A DNA stretch of 63,749 nt, the filler included, from Corallochytrium limacisporum Hawaii (lineage: Eukaryota; Protista; Pluriformea), in the NCBI GenBank assembly GCA_002811645.1. It is 7 parts of 7 records of this genome, joined end to end, with 100 filler letters (N's around TTAATTAATTAA, not from the genome) between each part and the next. Parts side by side here need not be neighbours in the genome. Positions count along the whole stretch, not along the records: positions 1 to 21,712 come from PDIP01000136.1; 6 more parts are not named here. The stretch is one strand, 5' to 3'. A program made the translations under genes and the position numbers. This document shows, piece by piece, positions 1 through 9,688 of this stretch (position 1 is its first letter; every line of letters starts with the position of its first letter). Under the pieces are notes generated by a model, which saw only the letters and a program-made list of their open reading frames with translations, was not told the origin of the DNA and made no database searches.

Positions 1-1113
1 CCCGCTCTCCCAAGCGACGGCAGAGCTAAATCAAAATGAGTAGATTTGATACAATATTCTCAGACAGAGGGTGGTATCCCCAAGACTAGGGTCGCCCTTT
101 CACTGCAGAAAATCAGTACATACTACTGTACCAGACATAAACGACCGGTAGCGGGACATCCAAACCGTGGGTGTGACTTGAGGAACCACGCCACAAACTG
201 CGCAAATTGAAACTGCCAACAGCTGACGGCGGAAATTACTCATCTGACAGTAAGAACTACCGGACCAGCGGCATCTATCAAACTTCGTCTGCGTATATAT
301 TCGGTCGCTGCTGTCGAACGGTAAATGGGACAAGAAAATTTCTTGCACAGTCATAGCGAACATACGAAGATTTCGAAAGGATCTGAGCTAGGACAACGAT
401 TTTCTGCACTCCCTACCACACCCGCAATGAAGCCGCTGTCCCGGGCGGGGGTCAATCCCCTGACCTAAGTACCCTGGTTCTGAGCTATACATATACAAGG
501 AACGGCAAGAACCAAGTCGGGTCTAGCCTTTGGGCAGGGGCCTATTTAATAGACCTGTTTGACTCTTGCCTTCCCTGGGCACGGCAGGCCCCCTTCCGTC
601 CCCTCCGAAAGACGACAGGCGTCGTTAGAAAGTTAGGACTCAGCTAAATTGGTCACCCGGAGAAGGGAGAAGCCCCCCGCCCCGGGGGGGGGAGTTGTGG
701 TGGTCCCTGGGTTAGAGGACCGCAACACAGCAAATAGGGAAAGATGAAAGTGGCGGACAAGCCAGGCAGGAAGGGAAGGAAGGAAGAGTAATCGGGGCGA
801 GAGCTGAAGAGGAAGGAAGAAGGGTTTAGGGCCAGGGGGGTTGGGGAGGTCGAACAGTGAGCAGAGGGGAAATTCGTCAACCGGGTTGGCTATTTTTGTG
901 GTCGCCAAGGAGTGATGTTCCGTCACTTTGTGTGGTATGTCAAGGGTGGCAGGGTGACTGACTGGGGTTTAAATATTCATAAATAAGCGAATGGAACGAG
1001 GATCTCTTTGGGATCTCGGGAGCGTTGATACATGTATTGCAGGAAAATGAACAAGCCAAGAAAACAAATGGACTGTTTCTGAAGGCTGGTCAGCACAGTT
1101 GTTACCCACAAAA

Positions 1114-4100
1114 ATGTCGCTCCCCAGTGGCCGTGAGTCCTTTCGGGACAGCAGGACCTCAGTGAACAACACAAGTTCAAGAGAATCCGGCAGAGGCTCT
1201 GCATTTGATTTCGCTGGACCAGAACTAATCGAGGAAAGGGAAAAGACCAAGAAAAGTAGAATGAGCTGGTCACGGCTAGCGAAAAGGATTAGGAAACTTC
1301 GCAAAAGTGACAAACCAGCGGAAGGCATTAAGACAAAGGCAATGAGAGCTGAGGCGGATGCAGTGAACACGGCTTTGACTACCGGTGAGGACTACAACCT
1401 CGTAAAGGACAAGAAAGTTTCCCCAAAGCGGGACCCCAAGAGAGAATCAAAGCGGTTATTGAAGGGAGACAAACGAGATTCACGATCGACCGAAGGAATG
1501 CGCCGAAGTCTGAGTTCAAATTTAATATTCAGGACGAGCAAGTCAGAGAAGTCACCAGAAGGCGCCCAAGAGACAGGTACAGCAGCTCTGACGGTCGGCA
1601 GACCCAGATCCAGAACTATTAGCGCGGCAGAAGCCGGTGATGGACCTGCGGTCATTGCCTCGGACGCATCGATAAAGGGCGTGCGGCGGATCAGCAGTCA
1701 GATTCTCCTATCCAATGTTGGGGCGGGAGGTGCAGAGGACACAGACGTCCTCAATCCATTTGGTGCTACATCTTCACCAAGAACTTCCCGACGCGCTCCC
1801 GCTGGCGGTGCGACCCCAAGACGTCACTCTGGCCTGTTGCTCAATTCCGTCGAGGGGATGGCAGGAGGTCAGACAAGTGGCGTTGGGAGCCCACGTCCTC
1901 GCGGTATGGTCTACGCACCTGGTCGTCCATCCAATCTAGGACCGGGCTCAACCGAACGATCGGAAAGCCCTCTGGGGAGATCCAATTCTTTGGTGCGGCG
2001 CGAGGGGACTCTAGAGTCTCAAAGTGTAGGCGCTCAAAGTTTAGGTGGTTTTGGGCGACATGATTCAGTTAAGGATAGCGGTCCAGCTCCCCTAACCAAC
2101 CGACGCATGTCATTTGCCTTTGACCAGGATAACATTGACATTATGAAAGCCATGCGCAAAGCACAGAACACCGAGGGCCTCGATGCTGGCCAGATCACTC
2201 CAGACATCCGTGGCTCTATGCGGATGTCCCGCCAACTAAGCTTTGGGCAGCTGAGCAAGAGCAACTCTCAATTTTTGGATCTGCTGGATCTGGGATCGAA
2301 TAGTGCTATCCACCTGGGAGACGGAGACGCGGGAGAGTACTCCAGACCTTCAACACCAGACGGACCCATATCACCCGCTGAAGGTTCTATGAAGGCACCT
2401 GCAGAGGCTGGTGGGGACAGCCAGTTCCTTGGTAAGATAAACAACTTTGGTGCCTCGCGGGACACATCGCGGACATCATCAGGAGGGCCTGATGGTGTGA
2501 CGCGTACATACAGTCAATCGTTACTGAGCATTACGGAGGATATGCCAGATGACAACGATGACGGACTGAAGGTTCCAAGGCTGGAAGGCCTTGAAGGCAT
2601 TACTTTGAATAATGATCCATTCAGAAATCGAAGTGGGGGGCCAAGCGGTAAGATGCTGGACCTGAATCTCAATGAGAATAACAGATTGACATCAAGTATC
2701 ACAGTCCGTACCGCTGACCATCACGGACCCGGCATGGATCAAGTGGATGAGATGGAAATCGACGATGACACAACCCATAAAGAGGTTTGTCAATTTCTAT
2801 ACGTGGAATATGACATTCCGGAACGATTGCGTTCCTTCTACGGATTGCAGCACGTTCGCGGTGGACAAAACCTTGGCTGGGTGGATCTTAAGAAGAAGGT
2901 GATTAATGACGACTTTTATATGGAAGATGAGTTGCGTTTCAAAAGACGCTCCTACCTTCTGAGGGTGCGCATGTCGGATGGCTCGCAGAGATCAGTCTTA
3001 GTGGCCGAGAATGCTCATGTCCGAGATGTACTGGAAGCTTTTGCCAAGCGATACAATATCTCCGAATGGAGAGACTTCGGATTTGCCCGTGGTCTCAGTG
3101 TGGAGGAACAGAAGCAAGCTCGTAATGACAACAGCTCAGGTCTGATCACCCACGGATACGAATTCTTGGATATGCATCTGACCTTCCGTGGACAAGTTGA
3201 TCTCGATCGGACAGTTCTATTTTTCCGCAAGCAGTTCTTCATTGCTGAACAACAAAAATTGGGCACCGCGGCCTATTCTGGTGGGACAGTCGCACTTATA
3301 TACGCCCAACTCCGTGAGGCTGTGCTCCGCGATTCCTTGCTGGCAACTAAGGCACAGGCTTTCAAACTGGGAGCTCTGCAAATTATTGCTGATGAACGGA
3401 AGTTCACCAACGGTCAAATGATTTCCGTGGAAACCCTTCCACAGCACTTTCAGAAAATGTCGCGTGTCGACGAACAACTGAAGGAATGGGTGGACAAATT
3501 ACGGACCGATAAGTTGGACGAGCCTCAGGAGGCTATGGAGCAGTATCTGCTTGTGGGATCGTCCTTGCCATTGTTTGGCACCATGATGTTTCGGTGTCTG
3601 GAACAGGTCAAGTCGGCCTCCACTGCCGATGCCGCCATGCACACTCCAGGCACGGACCGCTCCGGAGGTACACTAAATCCTTTGGAGCGTCTCAAGAACA
3701 CTCGTTCCAAGCCGGAGCTGAAGGAACGGGAGAATTCAAACGAGGAAGCTGCCCCCCAAGAGACAGCACGCATGGTTCCGGTCATTATTGGCATCAGTAG
3801 CCATTCGTTCCAGCGACTTCACCCGCAGCACCGTACTCTGCTCATGTCCTGGCCTCTGCGTGCCATCAAAAGCCCAGTGTGCAGCGACAAGAACTTTGTG
3901 TGCGAAATTGACGTGGGCGGGCAGGTTTTCAACTACTCTGTCAAGTGTCGCAAACCAGAAGCCATCAAAGAAGCCATCGAATTCTACAGCCGCCACGAAC
4001 TGGCACCCAAGCCGACAGACTACCCAGTCTTCCTACCGGAAATATCAGAATCCGCCCAAATGAGGGCGAATGGCGACGGCACCGACGAGGCGACCGTGGT

Positions 4101-4194
4101 GGGCTTGGCCATCAATCGACTCGGTGACGCTGTGCTCATGTCGCGGCAGAAGAATCAGAGTCCGTTGAGTGCCGCGGCATTTGCTCGTGGATAG
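1114..4194 (+). CDS. Talin-head-like FERM-domain protein (long disordered N-terminus + F0-F1-F2-F3, no talin rod)
   Basis: Uninterrupted ORF. First ATG is 1114 (aaaATG); the track start at 1099 is TTG. The C-terminal half matches talin head motifs: ELRFKRRSYLLRVRMSDGSQRSVLV (F0/F1 junction), LFFRKQFF, LIYAQLREAVL..AFKLGALQ (F2), YLLVGSSLPLFGTMMF, VPVIIGIS..SWPLRAIK, YSVKCRKPEAIKEAIEFY (F3). The N-terminal ~530 aa are S/G/R/P-rich and low complexity. Confidence 0.85.
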   Translation: MSLPSGRESFRDSRTSVNNTSSRESGRGSAFDFAGPELIEEREKTKKSRMSWSRLAKRIRKLRKSDKPAEGIKTKAMRAEADAVNTALTTGEDYNLVKDKKVSPKRDPKRESKRLLKGDKRDSRSTEGMRRSLSSNLIFRTSKSEKSPEGAQETGTAALTVGRPRSRTISAAEAGDGPAVIASDASIKGVRRISSQILLSNVGAGGAEDTDVLNPFGATSSPRTSRRAPAGGATPRRHSGLLLNSVEGMAGGQTSGVGSPRPRGMVYAPGRPSNLGPGSTERSESPLGRSNSLVRREGTLESQSVGAQSLGGFGRHDSVKDSGPAPLTNRRMSFAFDQDNIDIMKAMRKAQNTEGLDAGQITPDIRGSMRMSRQLSFGQLSKSNSQFLDLLDLGSNSAIHLGDGDAGEYSRPSTPDGPISPAEGSMKAPAEAGGDSQFLGKINNFGASRDTSRTSSGGPDGVTRTYSQSLLSITEDMPDDNDDGLKVPRLEGLEGITLNNDPFRNRSGGPSGKMLDLNLNENNRLTSSITVRTADHHGPGMDQVDEMEIDDDTTHKEVCQFLYVEYDIPERLRSFYGLQHVRGGQNLGWVDLKKKVINDDFYMEDELRFKRRSYLLRVRMSDGSQRSVLVAENAHVRDVLEAFAKRYNISEWRDFGFARGLSVEEQKQARNDNSSGLITHGYEFLDMHLTFRGQVDLDRTVLFFRKQFFIAEQQKLGTAAYSGGTVALIYAQLREAVLRDSLLATKAQAFKLGALQIIADERKFTNGQMISVETLPQHFQKMSRVDEQLKEWVDKLRTDKLDEPQEAMEQYLLVGSSLPLFGTMMFRCLEQVKSASTADAAMHTPGTDRSGGTLNPLERLKNTRSKPELKERENSNEEAAPQETARMVPVIIGISSHSFQRLHPQHRTLLMSWPLRAIKSPVCSDKNFVCEIDVGGQVFNYSVKCRKPEAIKEAIEFYSRHELAPKPTDYPVFLPEISESAQMRANGDGTDEATVVGLAINRLGDAVLMSRQKNQSPLSAAAFARG

Positions 4195-4346
4195 AATAAC
4201 AGAAATAGCATTAATTTTTTTTCCTGTACGTTTTGTAATGTTGAGTTTGCAGGAAAGGTGAACAATACGGTGTCAATATGAGTTCTGTTGATGCTGCGGC
4301 AGTGGTATATATGCAAAGGAGGGAGTAGTTTTTATGTCATTCTTAC

Positions 4347-7300
4347 TTAGCTCTTTGATGCCATAACCTGGGGACGGCGCAGTCGACTGGCGCGGGAGCT
4401 AGAGCGATCACGCTTCATGACCACCTTCTTCTGCTCTACAGCAGCCTCATTTTCCTTGTCCATCTCGCTGTTCATGCCTTCGTCTGCGTTCCCGATGGGA
4501 TCATCGGCATCCTCGTTGCCTTCAGGAGTGCGCTGTCCGGATATTTTACCAAGGGGAGAGGAGACCACACTGCCTCCGCTGCTTCCACCCATCGTGTTGG
4601 TAATGTCAAAGCCAAAGCCCTGTCGGGATCCCTGGCTGATGGTCCGCGGGGTGCGGATAAGCTCGTCATCGCTTTCGTCTTCCAAGCTCGGCTTAGGAAC
4701 GTGAGCAATCACTTCGCTGTAAGGTTTGGAACGAGTGAACGAGGACCGCAAGACAAATTCTTTCTTCGCCGGGGTTTCCAGGGTGACGGCAGTGGGCTTG
4801 ATCTTCTTGGCATGGGTCTCATCAACAACGGTACGGATGGTGCCCAGCACCGATTCGCTTTGTTGTGTGTGGGACTCAACCTCGCTGCCGTTCTTGGAGA
4901 TAGAAGATGTCAGATCAGTACTGACGCTGTCGTGGTTTTCCTTCATCTCAGACGTAGCTTCTGTGGTCATTTCGGTAACTTCGGCGGCGCAGTACTCAGC
5001 GAGATCTTGTAGATTACTGTTCATGGTCTGCACACGGTCGGCCTGTACACTATCGATACGGTTTAGGACCTCCGTAGTGGTGTGGCTCGACTGGGACACA
5101 AAGCCCTGCATGGCATTGACGGAGCTGGTAAATGCTGTGTTGTGATCGGTGGCAACTTTGAGGGACTGTTCGGAATGCTGAACCATCTCGCTCTTCGCCT
5201 CGTCAACCACGCCATCGATGTCACTGCTGAGCTGAGACATAGCAGCAGTGCGGGTTTGGACAACAGAGTGCATGTTGCTAAGGTTCTCGGTCAGCGCAGA
5301 ATCGAATGTTGCTGTGCGAGTGAGGAATTCTTCGTTCGCTTGCTTGATGTGAGTGTCAAGCAAATCACTGACACCGCTGTTGGAGTAACTCATCAGAGCA
5401 GCCAGATTCTCGACCAGGTTGGCCTGGATCTTGCGAACGTGGCTGTCCATGCCAGTGTGCAACTGTGCAGCTGCGTTTTCGGCTTTCTCTACCTGCAGAG
5501 CGGCCTGCTTTCGCTCCGTTTCAATCTGCTCACTCACCACGGAACGCAGGCTTTCTGCCATTGTGGCCAGTTGCATGCTCAAAGAATCACGTTCGGACAT
5601 CAGCTTCTTGTTGTGGGACTCCAGGTTGGACATGAAGCTGTTCATTACAGTGGTATGGGCGTTCAGCTGGTCCTGAACGCTTTCCAGCTCCTGGCGAACA
5701 CGGGTTTCCAGTCCTTGCAGACTATCCTCCATGCTCTGACGGAAACTCTGTTGCTCCTCAGACAGTTCCTGACACTGTTCACTCAGCTGAGTAGCGTCGT
5801 CTTGATTGGTGGAGATGAGCTCCTGGGTCTTGTTGGCAATCATAGTCTGGGCATCACCCAGCTTGGTGTTCAGATCGGCCATGCCGTTCTCTAGTGATTT
5901 CTTAAGCAGACCTACGAGATGCTGCTGGGACACACCAGCATCCTCGGAGCGCTGACGTTCGTGGGCAATCAGATCAGACAGATTTGTGAATTGCTGCATC
6001 AGCACAGTGTGACTCTCGCGAGCGGCCTGAAGGTTTGCCTCTTCCTGTTCCTTCTGGCGCTGAACCTTGGCATGCAAACGATCGACATGGTTGATTGACT
6101 CCGACGCAACACCCACGACCTCCTGTGCCTCAGTGTGCAGCGACTCCTCAATCTCGGAGTGGTGAGAGATGATAGTCTCCTTACACTCAATGTCATGGTT
6201 GGCTTCCTTCAGCTGTCCACGAGTAGTGCGGTAGCGGTCCTTCACCACCTTCAGATGCCCCTTAGTGGTATCCAACTCTCTAGTCGTACTCTGCAGGCGC
6301 ATTTTTGTGGACTCAAACATGTCCATGGTGTGCTGCAGACTCTTCTCTGCGGCCGCAATCTTATCCTGCAGCTCAGTGATAGTATTCTCCTGGGCCTTGA
6401 TACGACCATCCATGGCCTCATATGTGGCCGCAGACAAGAAGACACCATTCTTTTCACGGGCAGCCGTGAGGTCACGGCGGAGACGTTCAATTTCCGCGTT
6501 GTACTCTTTCAAAACAGCCTTCTTGCTGAGCTTCGCATTCACTTCAGGTTTGTTCTTAATGTCCTTGGCACGCAGGGCATAGTCCAATGTGCTCAGAGTC
6601 TCCTCGATGCAGTTGTTTGCTGGGCTGATGGTGGCCACAATACAGGTCTTGGTACGTCCACCCAAGCTATCCTGAAGCAATCGAGTCAGCTTTGACTCCC
6701 GGTAAGGAACATGAGAGGTGCGGCCGACCAAAGCGTTGATGACACGACCCAAGGTCAGCAAGGACTGATTGATGTTACCGGCCTCACGAGCACGGTCGTT
6801 TACAGCACCGGACCGGCCAATGCATTCGCTACCGGCGAGATCCACCAAATTCAACTTACCAATACGCAGTAGCTCTTCGTCTGGGTTGGAGGGGTCAGAC
6901 GCTTCCTTCATGTGTAGAGTGATGGAAAACACAGAATGGGAACGACTGGAGTATTCGTTCAGCTTGGTGGCAGCGGTGGCGCGGCGAGCTTGTCCCCGCT
7001 GAAGTATATCGTACACCTCATGGCGATTGTTCAGCACCACTTCTTCAGCACCCTGTACGAAGGTGGCACCACGGCGGGTGGGATCCTCAAAAATTTTGAG
7101 GCGTGAGTTGCTGTGACCAACATCCTCGGGTGCCAGCAAATCCTTGAGCTCTTCATTGTACAATTCGACGTAGCTGACCCGCACACTGAATTCCAAGGGG
7201 TTGTCCGGGCGGCTCTGACCTGCCTCGAGGACATCAAAGACATGCTCCAAGGCACGAGGGACAATACCCGCATGAGTATCTTCGGCGTATCCGGTGAATG

Positions 7301-7649
7301 AAGGTTTGCCGTCGGCGGGACCGACCATAGTGTGTGTCTTTCCAGTGCCAGTCTGACCGTACGCAAAAATTGTGCAGTTGTAACCCTGCAGAACCTCTTC
7401 AACGATTGGTTTCACTGTGTCCAGGTAGAGTTCCACCTGAGAAGTGTCGGGACCGAACACCTGATCATAGCTGTAGGTCTTCCAGTATGGACCGTGCTGG
7501 ACTTCAAGACTGTGCTCCCGGTTTTTCTTTGCGCCCCGGGGAAAGCGGACAACAAGATTATTGTTCTGCGCTTTCTCAACATTGTTCCGCGGACGGCACC
7601 GGACAACGACCTTGATATTGGTCTCTTCAGCTTTCTTCTTCTCAACCAT
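4347..7649 (-). CDS. KIF11: Kinesin-5 (BimC/Eg5/KIF11 family) mitotic motor
   Basis: 1100-aa ORF. Motor motifs: NIKVVVRCRP, P-loop AYGQTGTGKT, switch SSRSH, LVDLAGSE, HVPYRESKLTRLLQDSLGGRTKT, neck AKDIKNKPEVN. Coiled-coil stalk and a BimC-box-like PTAVTLETPAKKEF in the tail. Confidence 0.97.
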   Translation of the reverse strand: MVEKKKAEETNIKVVVRCRPRNNVEKAQNNNLVVRFPRGAKKNREHSLEVQHGPYWKTYSYDQVFGPDTSQVELYLDTVKPIVEEVLQGYNCTIFAYGQTGTGKTHTMVGPADGKPSFTGYAEDTHAGIVPRALEHVFDVLEAGQSRPDNPLEFSVRVSYVELYNEELKDLLAPEDVGHSNSRLKIFEDPTRRGATFVQGAEEVVLNNRHEVYDILQRGQARRATAATKLNEYSSRSHSVFSITLHMKEASDPSNPDEELLRIGKLNLVDLAGSECIGRSGAVNDRAREAGNINQSLLTLGRVINALVGRTSHVPYRESKLTRLLQDSLGGRTKTCIVATISPANNCIEETLSTLDYALRAKDIKNKPEVNAKLSKKAVLKEYNAEIERLRRDLTAAREKNGVFLSAATYEAMDGRIKAQENTITELQDKIAAAEKSLQHTMDMFESTKMRLQSTTRELDTTKGHLKVVKDRYRTTRGQLKEANHDIECKETIISHHSEIEESLHTEAQEVVGVASESINHVDRLHAKVQRQKEQEEANLQAARESHTVLMQQFTNLSDLIAHERQRSEDAGVSQQHLVGLLKKSLENGMADLNTKLGDAQTMIANKTQELISTNQDDATQLSEQCQELSEEQQSFRQSMEDSLQGLETRVRQELESVQDQLNAHTTVMNSFMSNLESHNKKLMSERDSLSMQLATMAESLRSVVSEQIETERKQAALQVEKAENAAAQLHTGMDSHVRKIQANLVENLAALMSYSNSGVSDLLDTHIKQANEEFLTRTATFDSALTENLSNMHSVVQTRTAAMSQLSSDIDGVVDEAKSEMVQHSEQSLKVATDHNTAFTSSVNAMQGFVSQSSHTTTEVLNRIDSVQADRVQTMNSNLQDLAEYCAAEVTEMTTEATSEMKENHDSVSTDLTSSISKNGSEVESHTQQSESVLGTIRTVVDETHAKKIKPTAVTLETPAKKEFVLRSSFTRSKPYSEVIAHVPKPSLEDESDDELIRTPRTISQGSRQGFGFDITNTMGGSSGGSVVSSPLGKISGQRTPEGNEDADDPIGNADEGMNSEMDKENEAAVEQKKVVMKRDRSSSRASRLRRPQVMASKS

Positions 7650-7710
7650 TATGATCGATATGAATTATCTGACCGATTCGAGAAAACTTTCTCTCCCAAC
7701 TTAAAGTTTT

Positions 7711-7731
7711 CCGTTTCCGTTAGTCACCGTT
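7711..7731 (-). promoter_or_regulatory. Cluster of three AACGG (MSA/Myb-type) cores upstream of kinesin-5
   Basis: CCGTT at 7711-7715, 7717-7721 and 7727-7731 on +, which reads AACGG on the kinesin strand, 62-82 nt upstream of the ATG. Function is inferred. Confidence 0.4.
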
Positions 7732-8569
7732 TGCTGTATTCGTCTTCACCTATGTTCACAAGTTTGTATAGCCTGGCGTGCTGATCACACAGACGCCCTA
7801 CAAAGTCCACGACGTGTCCAGTCGTCAGTCCATCTTCCAATGTCTTAACTGCCGGTACAATCCTTGGGCCCGCTACTCAACTCCTGCAACTGTGAGACCA
7901 GGGCCGGGTGGTGGTAGGGTCTCTTTAGGTCCCCCCTCTCCTTCTCGCTCTCCACTGGCCGGGAGTCGTCGCGCGCCAAAATCCAGTCCCCCTCGGGGTC
8001 AGAGGCTCTCCTGTTTTATGGGCCCCTAACCTCGCTCACTCATTTCGGGGGTGCCCAACTTACCCGCCCCCCCCCTTTCCCCGGTCCTGTTTTTTTCGTG
8101 TGGGTCTCTCTGGACACACTGGCGAATTGTTCTTGACTATGGGTTTTGAATGGGTCGTATTTTTGGCGGTTCCCCGCCAGCACCGTGGCGTGGCTCCTCT
8201 GGGGCCCCCTTTTGGCTCTCCGCCCGGGCCCATCTCGTTCCCCATGCGACCGCCGGAGGGAGAGCCCTTGTCTACGGGCCAGGCAGAATATTTGCCTGGT
8301 ATTCAATAGTGAAAGTACAGGGACAAGGGACTGAGACCCCCCACCCTCCCTTTTCTTTCTTTCTGAGGGGTTGTAGCTTTGTGCGCAACTATTGATCGGG
8401 ACTGACTTGCGTAATCTTTCTGTGTTCCCGATGGCAAGGGGCCACGAAAAAGAGGCCCCCGAATGAGGGACAGGCACGGAAAGGAAAAAGAAAGTCTAAA
8501 AAAAGAGAAAAGGAAAAGACAACAACGGCCAGGAAGCACCCGACACTGCAAAAGAAAAAAAAAAATTGC

Positions 8570-8585
8570 GCGCGCTCGGTTTGAA
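8570..8585 (+). promoter_or_regulatory. CDE-N4-CHR-like element in the kinesin-5/kinase divergent intergenic region
   Basis: GCGCGC-TCGG-TTTGAA. An E2F-like TTTTGGCGCGC lies on the minus strand at 7971-7981. Short motifs; function is inferred. Confidence 0.3.
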
Positions 8586-9688
8586 ATATCGAACTCCGTC
8601 TCCCAACCACTCCTCCTCCTCGGACCGGTGGCGGGAGGAGGATTGGGGCACACCAAAGGGGGGGCTGGCAGGGGACGGGTAGCGAAAAGAAGCGCGACCC
8701 GAGTTCTCAAGAGCCGGGAGCGTGGGGGCGATACCCCGGAAGGGTGTGGAGCTGCCCCGCTCCGGTGCCTTGGAGCAAAGGAGGGCAAAGCCGGATCGGT
8801 AGAAACGGTTGGGCCCCCCCCCACGGGGGGGGGGGGGGAGGGGGGGGGGGGGGGAAGGGGGAGAGAGGGGAGAAAAAAGGGACCGCGTCGCTAAGCGAGA
8901 AAATGAAATTGGAACCCAAACAGAGCGGGAAGAGAGACACGGACGGGTTGGACACACACACACACCTACACGGACACGGGGCACACACTGGGCAAAGCAA
9001 CTGGAACCACCACCAGAGAGCTTCCGGGCCCCTTAGGAAGACGAAGGTTTTCAACTGGATGCCCAGGCACAGAATGTGTGAGCGGGGTAGTGAAAGCCTA
9101 TCTGTCGAACCCGCAACCTTTTCTTTTGCTCCTAGCGTTATTTTGGCGTGCCTTTGACTATTCGGTCCATTCGCAACTGTCGGATGAAGGCGCCAGGCTT
9201 GTTGTCAGCCTTGGGTGGAAACGTAACGACCCCTTGGATACTGTGCGGTGCGGTGGTGGCTGGTTGGTTGCGTTCCTGTTGTCCTAAAGTGGTAGGCAAC
9301 CGGAAGGTTTCGAAGGGGTAGCGAGCGATTGTGGGTCTCACTGTCGTCGGAAGAAGCGGTTGAATTTATTGGGAACTCTTGGGATGGCTTGTGATGCTTG
9401 CAGCGCTGGCTGGGCCGTCCTCAGCTCTGAACATTTTTGCTCATAAAAGGAAGGAATGAAAGCCATACGCACGCACACACAGACAGAGAAGTGCGCGGTG
9501 CGACGACTGTGCGAAGCACGGGGGTTCGTCGTGATGCAATGGTTCGACAGCCCTTTTGCGTAGCTAACTGGCTGCCACAGCACGAGAGAGCACAGGGCTA
9601 TTTAATCAGAGAGATTGTTTGTCAGCAAAGCGAACAATGACTGTTTGGAACGTAAGACAACATCCCATATCTATTAACGAAGAACACA

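Noticed and set aside
4417-7784. Many antisense/alternate-frame ORFs over kinesin-5 (and likewise over the other long CDSs)
   Set aside because: Shadow ORFs of GC-rich coding sequence with no recognisable motifs.
7778-9157. Pro/Gly/Arg/Phe-rich ORFs in homopolymer islands (also ~19.1-19.9, 22.8-23.3, 25.4-26.1, 29.7-30.2 and 61.0-61.6 kb)
   Set aside because: Low-complexity sequence lacks stops in several frames at once, and there is no domain or gene-like context.
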